A stretch of 64,000 nucleotides of DNA from a virus, in IMG/VR virus record IMGVR_UViG_3300044904_000300, positions 71,822 to 135,821 of that record; one strand, written 5' to 3'. A program made the position numbers and the translations under genes. Under the pieces are notes generated by a model. That model had not been told where the DNA came from. It ran no database searches and was given only the letters and a program-made list of their open reading frames with translations. Below are positions 20,168 through 29,779 of this stretch, one piece after another (position 1 is the first letter of the stretch; each line of letters opens with the position of its first letter).

Positions 20168-21100
20168 ATGCCGAACATCCCTTCCATCATTCTCAGCGCG
20201 ATTCGCGCTGGTGACTATGCACAAGCGACCGAAAGTGTCGCTCAGGCGCTGCAGAGCAAGGTCGAAATTCGCCTGGCCCAGGAACGCCAGAACCTCGCAC
20301 GGAACTTGGTGGGAGAAGCCAACGATGTTAAAGGCCCATTAGGCTGTGACGCAAAACATAAAGGTGGCGCAGTCTGTCGTCTCAAAGCTGGACATACGGG
20401 GAAACACCAAGCGACTGCGGGCGATGAGCATTACATATGGGAAGGTGATGTGCTTGATTTTCCGTGGCAGCGCACTTCACATTGCACAGACTGCGGAAAG
20501 ACTTGGAAAAGCCGCACAGACCCAGACAAGTGCCCCGATTGCAAGTCGCCCCAAATTCATACGGAGCCGCTGAAGGAAGCCAAAGATAATTCCTGGGCAA
20601 CTTTTACAGTCAAGTGCCAGGAATGCGGGAAGGTCTTTAAGACGAAAGAACTAAGCCCAAAATGTCCTAAGTGCGGGGGATATGACATCGACTTGTCGGA
20701 AGCCGTCGACCCCAAGTATGACCAGGCGAGAAAACTAAAAGAGGACAGTGAAGCGGACCAAGCATTCAAAACGACATATGGGTTTAATAAGTCTGGAACT
20801 GTGATTTTTTCCGCGCCCGGAAAACTTGACTATGCCGAGGTCCACGAACTTAGCCCATCTGTGAAACGTGTTGAGGTGCATGGGGTCAACTATGCTGGCC
20901 TAGACATTATTGAAGCGGGATACGTTTCATTCTCTATTGACACTTATGGAGACCGAGCAACTACGCAAAAGAGTCTCATTTCAAGACTTGCCCGCGCTGG
21001 TATTCCAGCAAAACCGGGATATACTCCCTACCAAGACCACATCGGCGTGCAAGTTCCGTCCAAGTATTCAAAGAAGGCGGATAGAGAACTGTTTGGATAA
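20168..21100 (+). CDS. gp67-like anchor plus Zn-ribbon modular protein (candidate gp21-processed polyprotein)
   Basis: Start MPNIPS at 20168; N-terminal gp67-like helix; CxxC..CxxC modules each preceded by x-x-E|A/G/D. Confidence 0.65.
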   Translation: MPNIPSIILSAIRAGDYAQATESVAQALQSKVEIRLAQERQNLARNLVGEANDVKGPLGCDAKHKGGAVCRLKAGHTGKHQATAGDEHYIWEGDVLDFPWQRTSHCTDCGKTWKSRTDPDKCPDCKSPQIHTEPLKEAKDNSWATFTVKCQECGKVFKTKELSPKCPKCGGYDIDLSEAVDPKYDQARKLKEDSEADQAFKTTYGFNKSGTVIFSAPGKLDYAEVHELSPSVKRVEVHGVNYAGLDIIEAGYVSFSIDTYGDRATTQKSLISRLARAGIPAKPGYTPYQDHIGVQVPSKYSKKADRELFG

Positions 21101-21114
21101 GTGGGAAAATAGCT

Positions 21115-22209
21115 ATGGCCAAGAAACTCAAAGAAGGCGCTGGGCAGGAACGCACCGTGCGCCACCAGTGTAAGAAGTGCGGCTATCCGTGGATGGGCCC
21201 GACCGATGAATGGGAATGTCCAAAGTGTCATGCTCGCGAGTTTAGCGAAGCGCTCAAAGCCGTCCATGATGACGACCACCAGGGACTTGCGGAAGCTCTC
21301 GGGCGTCTCATGCGGTCCAAGGTGGCATCACGTATCGCTGAAGAGAAGCGGAATGTCGCTGCGGAACTTCTATATCCTCGCATCGCAGAGGGGCGAACCG
21401 GAAAGTGCGTTGGTTGCGGTGAGAAGAGCTTGACGCTGGACGACGATGGACTGTGCCACGAGTGCTGGCAAGCGAAGCGGGACCATGAAGAAGGCGTGAA
21501 CGAGGGCTTCATCATCGTCAAGTCGACCAGAGATTCAGACAAGCCCTATGCGGGACCCGCGTGCCAAAAGGCTGGAGTCCCGAGCGGAAAGGTCTACGCA
21601 TCAAAGGAAGCAGCAGAAGCGGATGCAGAAAAGATCATGGAAGTCAACCCCGTCTGGTTCGAGGTCATCAAAGAAAGCGCGGGATGGCGGGGCTCAACGC
21701 CTGCGGATCTTGGGAGCATGGCCGTGGCCGATGATGCTTATAACGAGCGCATCAAGCCTGGCGACCGTGTAAGAACGAAGCGGGGCGGACAAATCCCAGG
21801 AATCGTCACGAAAGTCTCGAACGGAAATGTTCATTTTGATGTGGATAATCCTGGTGGATGGACGAAAACTAAGCCTATGGTGGCTCCGCTGTCTAATGTT
21901 GTCAAAGAAGATAGGCCGCATTGGAATACTCCAGTCTGTAGCCACTGTGGAGCAGAGATAGATAAAGCCGGAAAGGCAACTAGCGAGCCAGCGGACATCT
22001 ATCGGCGCGCCAAATGTCCAAACTGCGGAGCGAAGCAGCGCGCCTCTCTTGTGAAAGAAGATACCGTTTCTCAGCACGAAGTCCAGCGCATCTATGACGA
22101 AATTGGCGACGTGGGAGAAACGGAACTTCTGTGCGGAATCTCAGGCCTTCGAGTCAATCCACAGGGACAGGTGATTTCGTATATCTGTGAGGCGAAGGAA
22201 ACAGCCTAA
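21115..22209 (+). CDS. Modular Zn-ribbon/SH3-like protein (candidate gp21-processed polyprotein)
   Basis: Three CxxC pairs, an internal gp67-like helix and an SH3-like IKPGDRV module; boundaries LKE, FSE, IAE, VNE, IKE, VKE, VKE, ICE. Confidence 0.65.
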   Translation: MAKKLKEGAGQERTVRHQCKKCGYPWMGPTDEWECPKCHAREFSEALKAVHDDDHQGLAEALGRLMRSKVASRIAEEKRNVAAELLYPRIAEGRTGKCVGCGEKSLTLDDDGLCHECWQAKRDHEEGVNEGFIIVKSTRDSDKPYAGPACQKAGVPSGKVYASKEAAEADAEKIMEVNPVWFEVIKESAGWRGSTPADLGSMAVADDAYNERIKPGDRVRTKRGGQIPGIVTKVSNGNVHFDVDNPGGWTKTKPMVAPLSNVVKEDRPHWNTPVCSHCGAEIDKAGKATSEPADIYRRAKCPNCGAKQRASLVKEDTVSQHEVQRIYDEIGDVGETELLCGISGLRVNPQGQVISYICEAKETA

Positions 22210-22875
22210 ATGAAACTTATTACAGAAAATATCATAGCAGAAGCTCAAATTTTAGATGAATCTGCTGGAAAAAGTTACTACATTACTGGCCCTTTCTTGC
22301 AAGCCGAACTCAAGAACAAGAACGGGCGCGTCTATCCGCTGGAACTTCTTGTGCGAGAAGTGAACCGCTACAAGAAAGAGTTTATCAGCGAAAAACGCGC
22401 CCTCGGCGAACTTGGGCATCCTGATAGCCCGACGATCAACTTGGACCGAGTTTCACATCTCATTACAGAGATCAACCAGTCTGGAAACGACTTTATGGGA
22501 CGGGCCAAGATACTGGATACTCCAAACGGAAAGATCGTCAAGGCCCTCATAGACGATGGTGTGCAGCTCGGTGTTTCGAGTCGGGGTGTTGGCAGTCTAA
22601 ATACAACGTCACAGGGTGATGTTGTCGGCGATGACTTTTATCTCTCCACCGCTGCGGATATCGTAGCAGACCCAAGCGCCCCGGAAGCCTTCGTGCGCGG
22701 GATCATGGAAGGTAAAGAGTGGGTTTGGCAGAATGGGAAGTTGACGGAAGAACAGATACAGCAGTATCGCAAGGAACTTCAGGCCGCACCCAAGAAGAAA
22801 GTCGCACAGCGGAAAGTGGATGAAGCTCGCGTTTTTGAACGGTTTATCCGTGATATCAAGGTGTCCGTCAAGTAA
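22210..22875 (+). CDS. g21: Prohead protease gp21
   Basis: MKLITE, NKNGRVYP, ALGELGHP, GVSSRGVGS, DIVADPSAP.AFV.GIME. Confidence 0.96.
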   Translation: MKLITENIIAEAQILDESAGKSYYITGPFLQAELKNKNGRVYPLELLVREVNRYKKEFISEKRALGELGHPDSPTINLDRVSHLITEINQSGNDFMGRAKILDTPNGKIVKALIDDGVQLGVSSRGVGSLNTTSQGDVVGDDFYLSTAADIVADPSAPEAFVRGIMEGKEWVWQNGKLTEEQIQQYRKELQAAPKKKVAQRKVDEARVFERFIRDIKVSVK

Positions 22876-22910
22876 CGCGGATACAAACACCTGTAGAATG
22901 GTGCGGTTTC

Positions 22911-22918
22911 TATAAATA
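22911..22918 (+). promoter_or_regulatory. T4-type late promoter TATAAATA (representative)
   Basis: Matches the gp55 consensus; TAAATA core also at 5793, 8147, 12352, 14051, 19106, 24439, 27069, 27641, 31683, 36663, 37738, 39402, 43610, 57324 (+) and 35323, 47729, 49996 (-). Confidence 0.85.
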
Positions 22919-22960
22919 GTGCCAGTCTAATGACTGCACTCTTTTCAACGAGGTTTTTAC

Positions 22961-24418
22961 ATGGCTGACCTGGTAAATGACACGGCAAAACGGCAACTTT
23001 CCCCAAAGAATAGTGAGCCCTCACACCTCAAGGGTGGTGGCTACGATGTCCTAGGCGGCCCAACTTGGGACAACAAAGGTGGCGAGGAGCCATACAAGAT
23101 CGATGCCTCACGCGGTGTGGGCACAGATACTTCTATCCCTCACGCAACTGGTCCCGAAGCAACGCATCTTCCTCCAAAGCAGGAAGAGAAGGACCTTGAT
23201 GTTGAGTTCGACGGCGACGAGAAGAACGAGGAAGTCGATGACCTCGATAAGGAACTTGACAAGTTTGAAGACGTTGAGCCTATAGACGTTGACATCGAAG
23301 TTGACGACGAGGACGACGACGAGAAAGAAGTCAAGGAAGAAGTTGCCGGAAACGACGAGACCGACGAACACCCGTATCCTGGCCTCAAGAAATCCGACGG
23401 CGAAAAGCTCGCCGAAGAAGATGAGGAAGAGGATGAGAAGGGCAAGTTCCCCTTCAAGAAGGAAGTAGACGAGGAAGACTCCCTTGGCGACCCTGCGTTG
23501 TCAAATTCTAAGATCAAGAGTGCAGCAACAGATGCCGGCATCCCGATCAAGGAAGAAGATGATGATGAGGATGAGAACCCCTTCGCGAAGAAGGACAAGG
23601 AAGTAGAGGAAGAGGATGAGAACCCCTTCGAAAAGAAGGACAAGAAGGACGACGAAAAGGTCGAAGAGACTGTCAAGGTTCGCATCAAGCTTCCAAGTGC
23701 GAAGCTGTTTGAATCTGTCAACATGAGCGCCAAAACCCAGAAGAAGGTCGGCGTTGTGTTTGAACAGGCGATCCGTGCGACAACGAAGCAGGTCGCCTCA
23801 CAGATTCACGCACACTATAAGAAACTCCACGAAGAGCGCCTCGCAAAGCGTGATGCAGCGATGGCGAAGAAGATGGACGACTACTTGAGTTATGTGGTTG
23901 AGGAATGGATGAAGGCGAATCGCCCAGTCGTTCGTCAGTCACTACGCACTCAGCTAGCCGAGAACTTCCTCGACGGGCTCCAGAAGCTCTTCAAGGAACA
24001 CTATATCGATGTACCCGCAAGTAAGGTGAATGTTGTCGAGCAGTTGACCCGTCAGAATGCGAAGTTGAAAGCATCGTTGAATGAACAGCACGCGCAGAAG
24101 CTCAAGCTACGCCGGCTCGCGGAGCAGGCAAACAAGGCGCGAATCGTGGCGGAGTTCGCACGAGGCATGAGCGAAGTATCAGCCGTCAAGCTTCACAAGT
24201 TGGCCGAGGATACTCAGTATACCTCAGCCAAGGATTTCCGCGAGAAGCTAACCATGTTGAAGGAAAGCTACTTCCCAAAGCCAGCATCCAAAGCAAAGAT
24301 GCTTCCCGAGGAAAACATTCAGGATGAGACACCGAAGTCAAAGTCGAAGGGAATTGATCCTGACGTGACTGCTATCGCAGAAGTGCTGAGCCGACAGTCG
24401 GCGCAAGCAAAATGGTAA
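22961..24418 (+). CDS. g22: Prohead core scaffold protein gp22
   Basis: Acidic repeats, DDYLSYVVEEW, FLDGLQKLFKEHYIDVP, KESYF; TATAAATA at 22911. Confidence 0.92.
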   Translation: MADLVNDTAKRQLSPKNSEPSHLKGGGYDVLGGPTWDNKGGEEPYKIDASRGVGTDTSIPHATGPEATHLPPKQEEKDLDVEFDGDEKNEEVDDLDKELDKFEDVEPIDVDIEVDDEDDDEKEVKEEVAGNDETDEHPYPGLKKSDGEKLAEEDEEEDEKGKFPFKKEVDEEDSLGDPALSNSKIKSAATDAGIPIKEEDDDEDENPFAKKDKEVEEEDENPFEKKDKKDDEKVEETVKVRIKLPSAKLFESVNMSAKTQKKVGVVFEQAIRATTKQVASQIHAHYKKLHEERLAKRDAAMAKKMDDYLSYVVEEWMKANRPVVRQSLRTQLAENFLDGLQKLFKEHYIDVPASKVNVVEQLTRQNAKLKASLNEQHAQKLKLRRLAEQANKARIVAEFARGMSEVSAVKLHKLAEDTQYTSAKDFREKLTMLKESYFPKPASKAKMLPEENIQDETPKSKSKGIDPDVTAIAEVLSRQSAQAKW

Positions 24419-24500
24419 CACGTAGGCAACCAATTTTCTAAATACACTTGAGCGCACGTCGGACAGACACGCGCACAGATTTTGCAGGAGAATAACAACC

Positions 24501-25865
24501 ATGGCAGACCAGATGTTTCTGACCGAAGAAGTGAAGCAGAAGTGGGCACCGGTGATCGATCACCCTGACATCCCGGCGATCAAAGAGAGCTGGAAGAAGA
24601 AAGTAACCACGATTCTGCTTGAGAATACCGCGCGTGAACTAAAAAATCAGCCGCGGGTCATCACAGAAGACGTGCCGGCAAACTACTCCGGTGCGTTCCC
24701 ACGGGCGTCGGTCCTCACTGGGTTCGACCCCATCCTCATTTCGCTCATTCGTCGTTCTATGCCGAATCTGATTGCGTATGACATCTGCGGCGTCCAGCCG
24801 ATGACTGGTCCTACGGGTCTTATCTTCGCGTTGAAGTCGAACTACTCCACACAGGGTGGTAACGAAGCTCTCTACTACGAAGCCAACACAGACTTCTCAG
24901 CAGCGAACCTATCGGGAACCCAGGTGGGCGACAACCCGGCGGCAAACGCGGCGACCGGCGCTATCGCAGCCAATAGTGATTACTACTACTCGACGGGTAT
25001 GACCACGCTACAGGGCGAAGGCCTTGGGCCACGGTTGTCCCACGTCTACGCGAACGGCACGATCAACGCGAACGTAGCAAGTATTCCCGAAATGGCGTTC
25101 GAGATCGACAAGGTTACAGTCACAGCGGTGACTCGTAAGCTCAAGGCTGAATACACCATCGAGATCGCGCAGGACTTGAAGGCAATCCACGGACTCGACG
25201 CAGAGACCGAACTTGCTAACATCCTCTCGGCTGAAATCCTCGCGGAGATCAACCGTGAAATCGTGCGGACGGTGTATTGGAGTTCGGTCCCAGGTGCTCA
25301 GAACAACACCGGATCGGCCGGCATCTTCAACCTCGACACCGACAGCGATGGACGCTGGATGGTGGAGCGGTTCAAGGGTATGTTCTTCCAGATTGAGCGT
25401 GAAGCCAACGCTATCGCAAAGAGAACCCGTCGGGGCAAGGGGAACATCATCCTCTGCTCGTCAGATACGGCAAGTGCTCTCGCGGCAGCAGACATCCTCC
25501 ACTACCAGAGCGCGTATGACGCTAACCTGCAGGTGGACGACATGGGCAGCACGTTCGCTGGAACGCTACAGGGACGTTACAAGGTCTACATCGACCCGTA
25601 TGCTCCTGTCAGCGCGTATCAGTATTTCGTCGTTGGATTCCGTGGCGCATCGCCGTATGACGCAGGACTGTTCTACTGCCCATATGTTCCGCTCCAGATG
25701 CTTCGCGCACAGGACCCGAACAGCTTCCAGCCGAAGATCGGATTCCAGACTCGTTACGGAGTGGTCGCAAACCCATTCAGCAACTACGCTGGAACCAGCA
25801 ACGGCGCGATTGTGTTCGCGGCAAACGAATACTACCGCAAGGTGCTCGTTACCAACTTGATGTAA
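24501..25865 (+). CDS. g23: Major capsid protein gp23
   Basis: LIRRSMPNLIAYDICGVQPMTGPTGLIFA, IAQDLKAIHGLDAETELANILS.EI..EINRE, FQPKIGF.TRYG. Confidence 0.98.
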   Translation: MADQMFLTEEVKQKWAPVIDHPDIPAIKESWKKKVTTILLENTARELKNQPRVITEDVPANYSGAFPRASVLTGFDPILISLIRRSMPNLIAYDICGVQPMTGPTGLIFALKSNYSTQGGNEALYYEANTDFSAANLSGTQVGDNPAANAATGAIAANSDYYYSTGMTTLQGEGLGPRLSHVYANGTINANVASIPEMAFEIDKVTVTAVTRKLKAEYTIEIAQDLKAIHGLDAETELANILSAEILAEINREIVRTVYWSSVPGAQNNTGSAGIFNLDTDSDGRWMVERFKGMFFQIEREANAIAKRTRRGKGNIILCSSDTASALAAADILHYQSAYDANLQVDDMGSTFAGTLQGRYKVYIDPYAPVSAYQYFVVGFRGASPYDAGLFYCPYVPLQMLRAQDPNSFQPKIGFQTRYGVVANPFSNYAGTSNGAIVFAANEYYRKVLVTNLM

Positions 25866-25901
25866 CCCACGCCCCAAAGGGGGATGCGTTGCAAACCTTA
25901 C

Positions 25902-25940
25902 AGCCCGCCATGCGCCAGTCGCCTGGCGGGCTTTCTTTTT
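25902..25940 (+). terminator. Intrinsic terminator after g23
   Basis: AGCCCGCCA...TGGCGGGCT followed by TTCTTTTT. Confidence 0.75.
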
Positions 25941-25952
25941 ATTAGGAGCACC

Positions 25953-26165
25953 ATGAGCGAACACAAAGATTTCGCATCCACCGTTCGTCAGATTCTTACA
26001 GAAGAAGCGAAAAGCAAAAACGACCTTAAGAAAATCGCGGCCGATATTGCCGATAACACTTGTCGGTCCATCAACAAACTCACTCCGGCCGCCGTTGACG
26101 ACATGCCGTATGCTCGCCAATACACTTTGGAACAAGTTATCCACATTCTGAAGGATCGAGTGTAG
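25953..26165 (+). CDS. Small helical protein, possible internal protein
   Basis: AGGAG RBS before ATG 25953; N-terminal ..ILTE|E. Confidence 0.6.
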   Translation: MSEHKDFASTVRQILTEEAKSKNDLKKIAADIADNTCRSINKLTPAAVDDMPYARQYTLEQVIHILKDRV

Positions 26166-26166
26166 T

Positions 26167-26424
26167 ATGGACGACAAAACACTCATCGAAGCTGCAGTCA
26201 AGCAAATCTCCGAGGATAGCAAACTTACCAATCAGTGGTTGGAGAGATTTGAACGAGACATCGGGAAACTAGACGCCCACGACCTTATCGATGTTGTGGG
26301 AACAGCACTCTCATACCTTGAAACCACGCTCATGACGAGCAAGTTCCGTCAGGGTGCATCGATGGCTCGTCAGGCGGCCGTCATTACAAGCAAGATTGGC
26401 GACGAATTGATGGTAAGGAAATAG
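26167..26424 (+). CDS. Small helical protein, possible internal protein
   Basis: MDDKTLIE|AAVKQISE|D. Confidence 0.6.
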   Translation: MDDKTLIEAAVKQISEDSKLTNQWLERFERDIGKLDAHDLIDVVGTALSYLETTLMTSKFRQGASMARQAAVITSKIGDELMVRK

Positions 26425-26427
26425 CCC

Positions 26428-26697
26428 ATGGCTGATACTAAAGACCCTCTCGTTGAAGCCGCAGCACAGCAGCTCTCTGAAACTCTCCCGTGGGCGCAGT
26501 CAAAAGCGACCAACAACTTCTATCAGGACCTCAAAGATGCTGTCGATATCTCCAAGAAATGCCATCCCTCTGAGCAAGTGCAGATCGCTGCAGCTATCGT
26601 GAATAGTGCAGCGCGAAACGCGGATACTGACCCAGGGATTCGTGATCAATTGCTCAAACTCATGAAACGACTTGACGGAATCGCGGACTCCTGGTAA
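26428..26697 (+). CDS. Small helical protein, possible internal protein
   Basis: MADTKDPLVE|AAAQQLSE|T; N-terminus resembles that of the preceding gene. Confidence 0.6.
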   Translation: MADTKDPLVEAAAQQLSETLPWAQSKATNNFYQDLKDAVDISKKCHPSEQVQIAAAIVNSAARNADTDPGIRDQLLKLMKRLDGIADSW

Positions 26698-26699
26698 CT

Positions 26700-27071
26700 A
26701 TGAAAAAGAAGAACCACATCCGCTGGCTCGATGAACCTGAGGACCACAACTATCCTGCGGCCCATGCGTATCTCAGTCTCATTTTTACAGATACGACCGC
26801 GGGTCTCTATGTGGGAAGGCTCAAAAAGGCCCCGGTTCTGCTCTTCAAGTCAAAAGACATTTTTCGAGCTTCGGGGCTTCCTGCGCTTCCTGTAACTAAC
26901 TTGCACGTCAAGAAGAACCAAGAGAAAATCCAGAAGGGTGACGAACTTTCCCCTATTCTTCTGGTGCGAGACACCGATCATGGGCGTGTCATTATCGCGG
27001 ACGGGTATCATCGTCTCTGTGCGGTGTATGAGTTTGATGAAGACACGGAAATCCCTTGCAAAATCGTCTAA
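26700..27071 (+). CDS. ParB/sulfiredoxin-like N-terminal domain protein
   Basis: PILLVR...IIADGYHRL.A motif. Confidence 0.7.
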   Translation: MKKKNHIRWLDEPEDHNYPAAHAYLSLIFTDTTAGLYVGRLKKAPVLLFKSKDIFRASGLPALPVTNLHVKKNQEKIQKGDELSPILLVRDTDHGRVIIADGYHRLCAVYEFDEDTEIPCKIV

Positions 27072-27079
27072 ATACGAGT

Positions 27080-27643
27080 ATGGACCCTGAACTCACTTAC
27101 GCCCCATCGACGCACTTTGAGCAACAGAACGGGCTCTATGGGAACCACTTCCGCTTTGTGCTGGATGCGCTCCCCGACCTGACGTTCTTCGCGCAGAGCA
27201 TTACTTTACCAAGCGTGGGTGTCCCGTCTGTGCCCCGCGCCAACCCCTTCACCAAGATTCAAGAGGTCGGCGATCACTTGGACTACGCTTCGTTTACTGT
27301 AAATTACTTGGTGGACGGCGCGTTCAAGACCTATAGCAGTCTTTACTGGTGGATGAAGGGCTATGGATTCCCGCACTCTTATGAAGAGGTGCTCCAGTTC
27401 CGCGCTACTCGGGCCAAGCAAATCGGCAACATTCGTCCGCAAGTCAAGGATCTAGAGAAAACCCGTGCTACACTCTATGTGCTTCAGCCTGATACCGAAC
27501 AGACGATTGCGGAGTTTCATTTCACAGATGTCTTCCCGACGATGCTTGGGGAGATGGAGTTTACGAGCGTGCAGAGTGATGCGCCAATCCTCACAACTAT
27601 CGCGACATTCACCTTTACAGACTTTGAACTTGTGTTAGCATAA
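27080..27643 (+). CDS. g3: Tail tube terminator gp3
   Basis: F.F......LTFF.Q...LP, GD.LDY..F.V..LVD, F..VFP..L; TAAATA at 27069. Confidence 0.85.
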   Translation: MDPELTYAPSTHFEQQNGLYGNHFRFVLDALPDLTFFAQSITLPSVGVPSVPRANPFTKIQEVGDHLDYASFTVNYLVDGAFKTYSSLYWWMKGYGFPHSYEEVLQFRATRAKQIGNIRPQVKDLEKTRATLYVLQPDTEQTIAEFHFTDVFPTMLGEMEFTSVQSDAPILTTIATFTFTDFELVLA

Positions 27644-27659
27644 ATACCAAGAGGTTTGA

Positions 27660-28070
27660 ATGGCAGGATACTTGTTTAACCACGGCGCGCTGCTTCTCCA
27701 GAACGGAACGATAAACTGGGAAACGGCAAGTATTCGGGCTCGGTTGTCGCAAACGACAGAGACCCCGGATCGCAACAGCACCGTCATGACGGGTTTAGGA
27801 TTAGCAGTGACAGATTTGGTGGTCACCAGTCGCGTCGGTCCCGTGGAGGACGACATCAACAACCGGATTGCTTACCAGTCCGATCCGTTGTCGTTTCCCG
27901 CTGTCGCAGAAGGCCCGCAAGTAGACAAAGCGGTTGTATTCGCATTCGGCACAAGTGACACAGACAGCATCCCTATTGCCGTCGTCACGATCACGAATCC
28001 TGTGATGCCCAATAGGGGCGGCATTTTGATAGACATCGATCCCGCAGGGATGTTCTACACTCAACAGTAA
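27660..28070 (+). CDS. Hypothetical virion protein
   Basis: TAAATA at 27641; G..L..G.I.W...I.A.L N-terminus typical of small phage structural proteins. Confidence 0.6.
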   Translation: MAGYLFNHGALLLQNGTINWETASIRARLSQTTETPDRNSTVMTGLGLAVTDLVVTSRVGPVEDDINNRIAYQSDPLSFPAVAEGPQVDKAVVFAFGTSDTDSIPIAVVTITNPVMPNRGGILIDIDPAGMFYTQQ

Positions 28071-28082
28071 CGGAGATTTCAC

Positions 28083-28502
28083 ATGGCACTGACAGTTCCC
28101 AACGAAGGCGAAGTAACGATCCTCAACCGTTTGGTCAACCTTGAGGCGGGCGCTTCCCTCATTCTCGACTTGTTTTCTAGCAACACCACACCGAATAACG
28201 CAAGCGTTCTAGGCGACTTTGTGCTTTGCACCGGTGGTGGGTATGCAGCTAAGACACTTGCAAACACCGCATGGGCCGCGACTGGTGGATCTCCGTCTGT
28301 GGCTAACACCGCAGCACAGCAGTTCACCTTTACGAGCGTTCCGGCTGTGACCAACGTGTTTGGCTACATCGTGCATACTGCAACTAAGATTATCGCAGTG
28401 GAACGACTACCTGTAGGTGTCGCACCGTTCGTGATTTCGGCTCCGGGCGAATCTGTCACGATCACACCACAGATTACGTGCGGCTCTGTCACAAACGACT
28501 AA
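28083..28502 (+). CDS. Hypothetical virion protein
   Basis: GGGYAAKTL, GESVTITP; GGAG RBS. Confidence 0.6.
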   Translation: MALTVPNEGEVTILNRLVNLEAGASLILDLFSSNTTPNNASVLGDFVLCTGGGYAAKTLANTAWAATGGSPSVANTAAQQFTFTSVPAVTNVFGYIVHTATKIIAVERLPVGVAPFVISAPGESVTITPQITCGSVTND

Positions 28503-28614
28503 CCGCGTCTAGGAGTCAGCATGTTTATCTCTACGCATAGCCAGCGGCTCGACCGTTGGCTTGGAGCCTCATCGTCGCGCACAAGGGAACTTCCCATTTC
28601 ACTGGACTACTAAG

Positions 28615-28956
28615 ATGGCAGAGAAAACGAACTTTGAACTATACCGCGGCACCTCGGTGATCCTCCGATTTCAGCTTACAACGCCGGAATCCGCACCTGA
28701 CTATGTAACAGGATGGACGACGGTATTTACCGTCAAGTCAGAAGAGAGCGATGCCAATAACATCCTAAGTGTCGCCGGGTCGCTTTCAACAGTCCAGAAT
28801 GCTTTGAAATACGGCATTTTTGATGTGTTCCTCTCCGCGGCAAATACCGCTTTGCTTGCCGATAAGGCCATCTACGACTGGAGCCTTCGGCGAACAGACA
28901 GCGGGTTTGAGGATGTATTGGCGCTTGGTGAGGTTCGAGCCTTTACGACTGCTTAG
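28615..28956 (+). CDS. BppU-N-like beta-sandwich virion protein
   Basis: LYRGTS..L.F, G....FTVK, G.FDV.LS...T..L, YD; start adjusted to MAEK. Confidence 0.5.
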   Translation: MAEKTNFELYRGTSVILRFQLTTPESAPDYVTGWTTVFTVKSEESDANNILSVAGSLSTVQNALKYGIFDVFLSAANTALLADKAIYDWSLRRTDSGFEDVLALGEVRAFTTA

Positions 28957-28959
28957 GGC

Positions 28960-28988
28960 TTGACAAGTTGCGTCGGGTATGAGATAAT
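28960..28988 (+). promoter_or_regulatory. Sigma70-type promoter of uvsY
   Basis: TTGACA-N17-GATAAT with extended TG; in-frame ATG 7 nt downstream (28996). Confidence 0.75.
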
Positions 28989-28995
28989 GTCCTTA

Positions 28996-29430
28996 ATGAC
29001 TTTTGATGAATACGCGGCAGAGTGGGAGAAAGATGCTCCGCTCGATGCCAGCGAACTTGACACGGCAGCTCGGGAAGTGCCTATCCTCCACGCAAAGTGG
29101 TGGAAGTTCTATGTCGCGGAGCGCCTCCGCTACAAAAAGCTCGATTACGAATACAAGTCACTCTACCATCTCCGCTACGAATACTGGAACGGACGCCTAG
29201 ACGACGAGGTCCGCAAGGCCCAGAACTGGCCCGTGCAGCCCATCAAGGTGCTCTCTCCACAGCTTCCCATCTATCTTGACGCGGACCCTGTCCTACAGGA
29301 TTTGGCAAAACGCAAGACGGTGATCGAGGAAACGCTCCGGTTCATCGAAGATGTCATCAAGCAAATCAATCATCGGGGATTCCACATCAAAAACGCGGTG
29401 GACTTCCTGAAATTCAAGATGGGTGTATAA
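28996..29430 (+). CDS. uvsY: Recombination mediator UvsY
   Basis: W..D...D...L......P.LHAKW, YY/W.G, Y..AD, I..R.F.IKNA.DF.KF..G. Confidence 0.88.
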   Translation: MTFDEYAAEWEKDAPLDASELDTAAREVPILHAKWWKFYVAERLRYKKLDYEYKSLYHLRYEYWNGRLDDEVRKAQNWPVQPIKVLSPQLPIYLDADPVLQDLAKRKTVIEETLRFIEDVIKQINHRGFHIKNAVDFLKFKMGV

Positions 29431-29621
29431 TGAAGACTGTATCGTGGCATCTTCAAGCATTCGCATGGGGCTGTCTGATTCTTGGGATACTGTTAGTCCC
29501 TATTGCATCCATTCTGGCGCTTATCCACTATGCTCCGGTATGGGGCACAGTTACGGTTCTTGGGTGCGGTCTCGCTCACATGTTCGGCGTAAGCTTCATG
29601 ACGAACTACGGAAAAAAATAG
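29430..29621 (+). CDS. Small membrane protein
   Basis: Two hydrophobic segments; start overlaps the uvsY stop. Confidence 0.55.
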   Translation: MKTVSWHLQAFAWGCLILGILLVPIASILALIHYAPVWGTVTVLGCGLAHMFGVSFMTNYGKK

Positions 29622-29622
29622 T

Positions 29623-29778
29623 ATGAATAAACATGTGCGGCGGTTCGTTGTCGGAGGTGCCACTATGGGCTCGATAGCAGCGGTGATTGCGATCCTCCAT
29701 TTTCTACCTCTCTGGCTGATCGTGGCGGTCCTGACCTTCCCTCTTATGTATTTCGTTGGGATGGTCTATACAGGATAG
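29623..29778 (+). CDS. Small membrane protein (51 aa, not in the ORF track)
   Basis: MNKHVRRFVVGGATMGSIAAVIAILHFLPLWLIVAVLTFPLMYFVGMVYTG; TAG-T-ATG spacing on both sides. Confidence 0.5.
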   Translation: MNKHVRRFVVGGATMGSIAAVIAILHFLPLWLIVAVLTFPLMYFVGMVYTG

Positions 29779-29779
29779 T

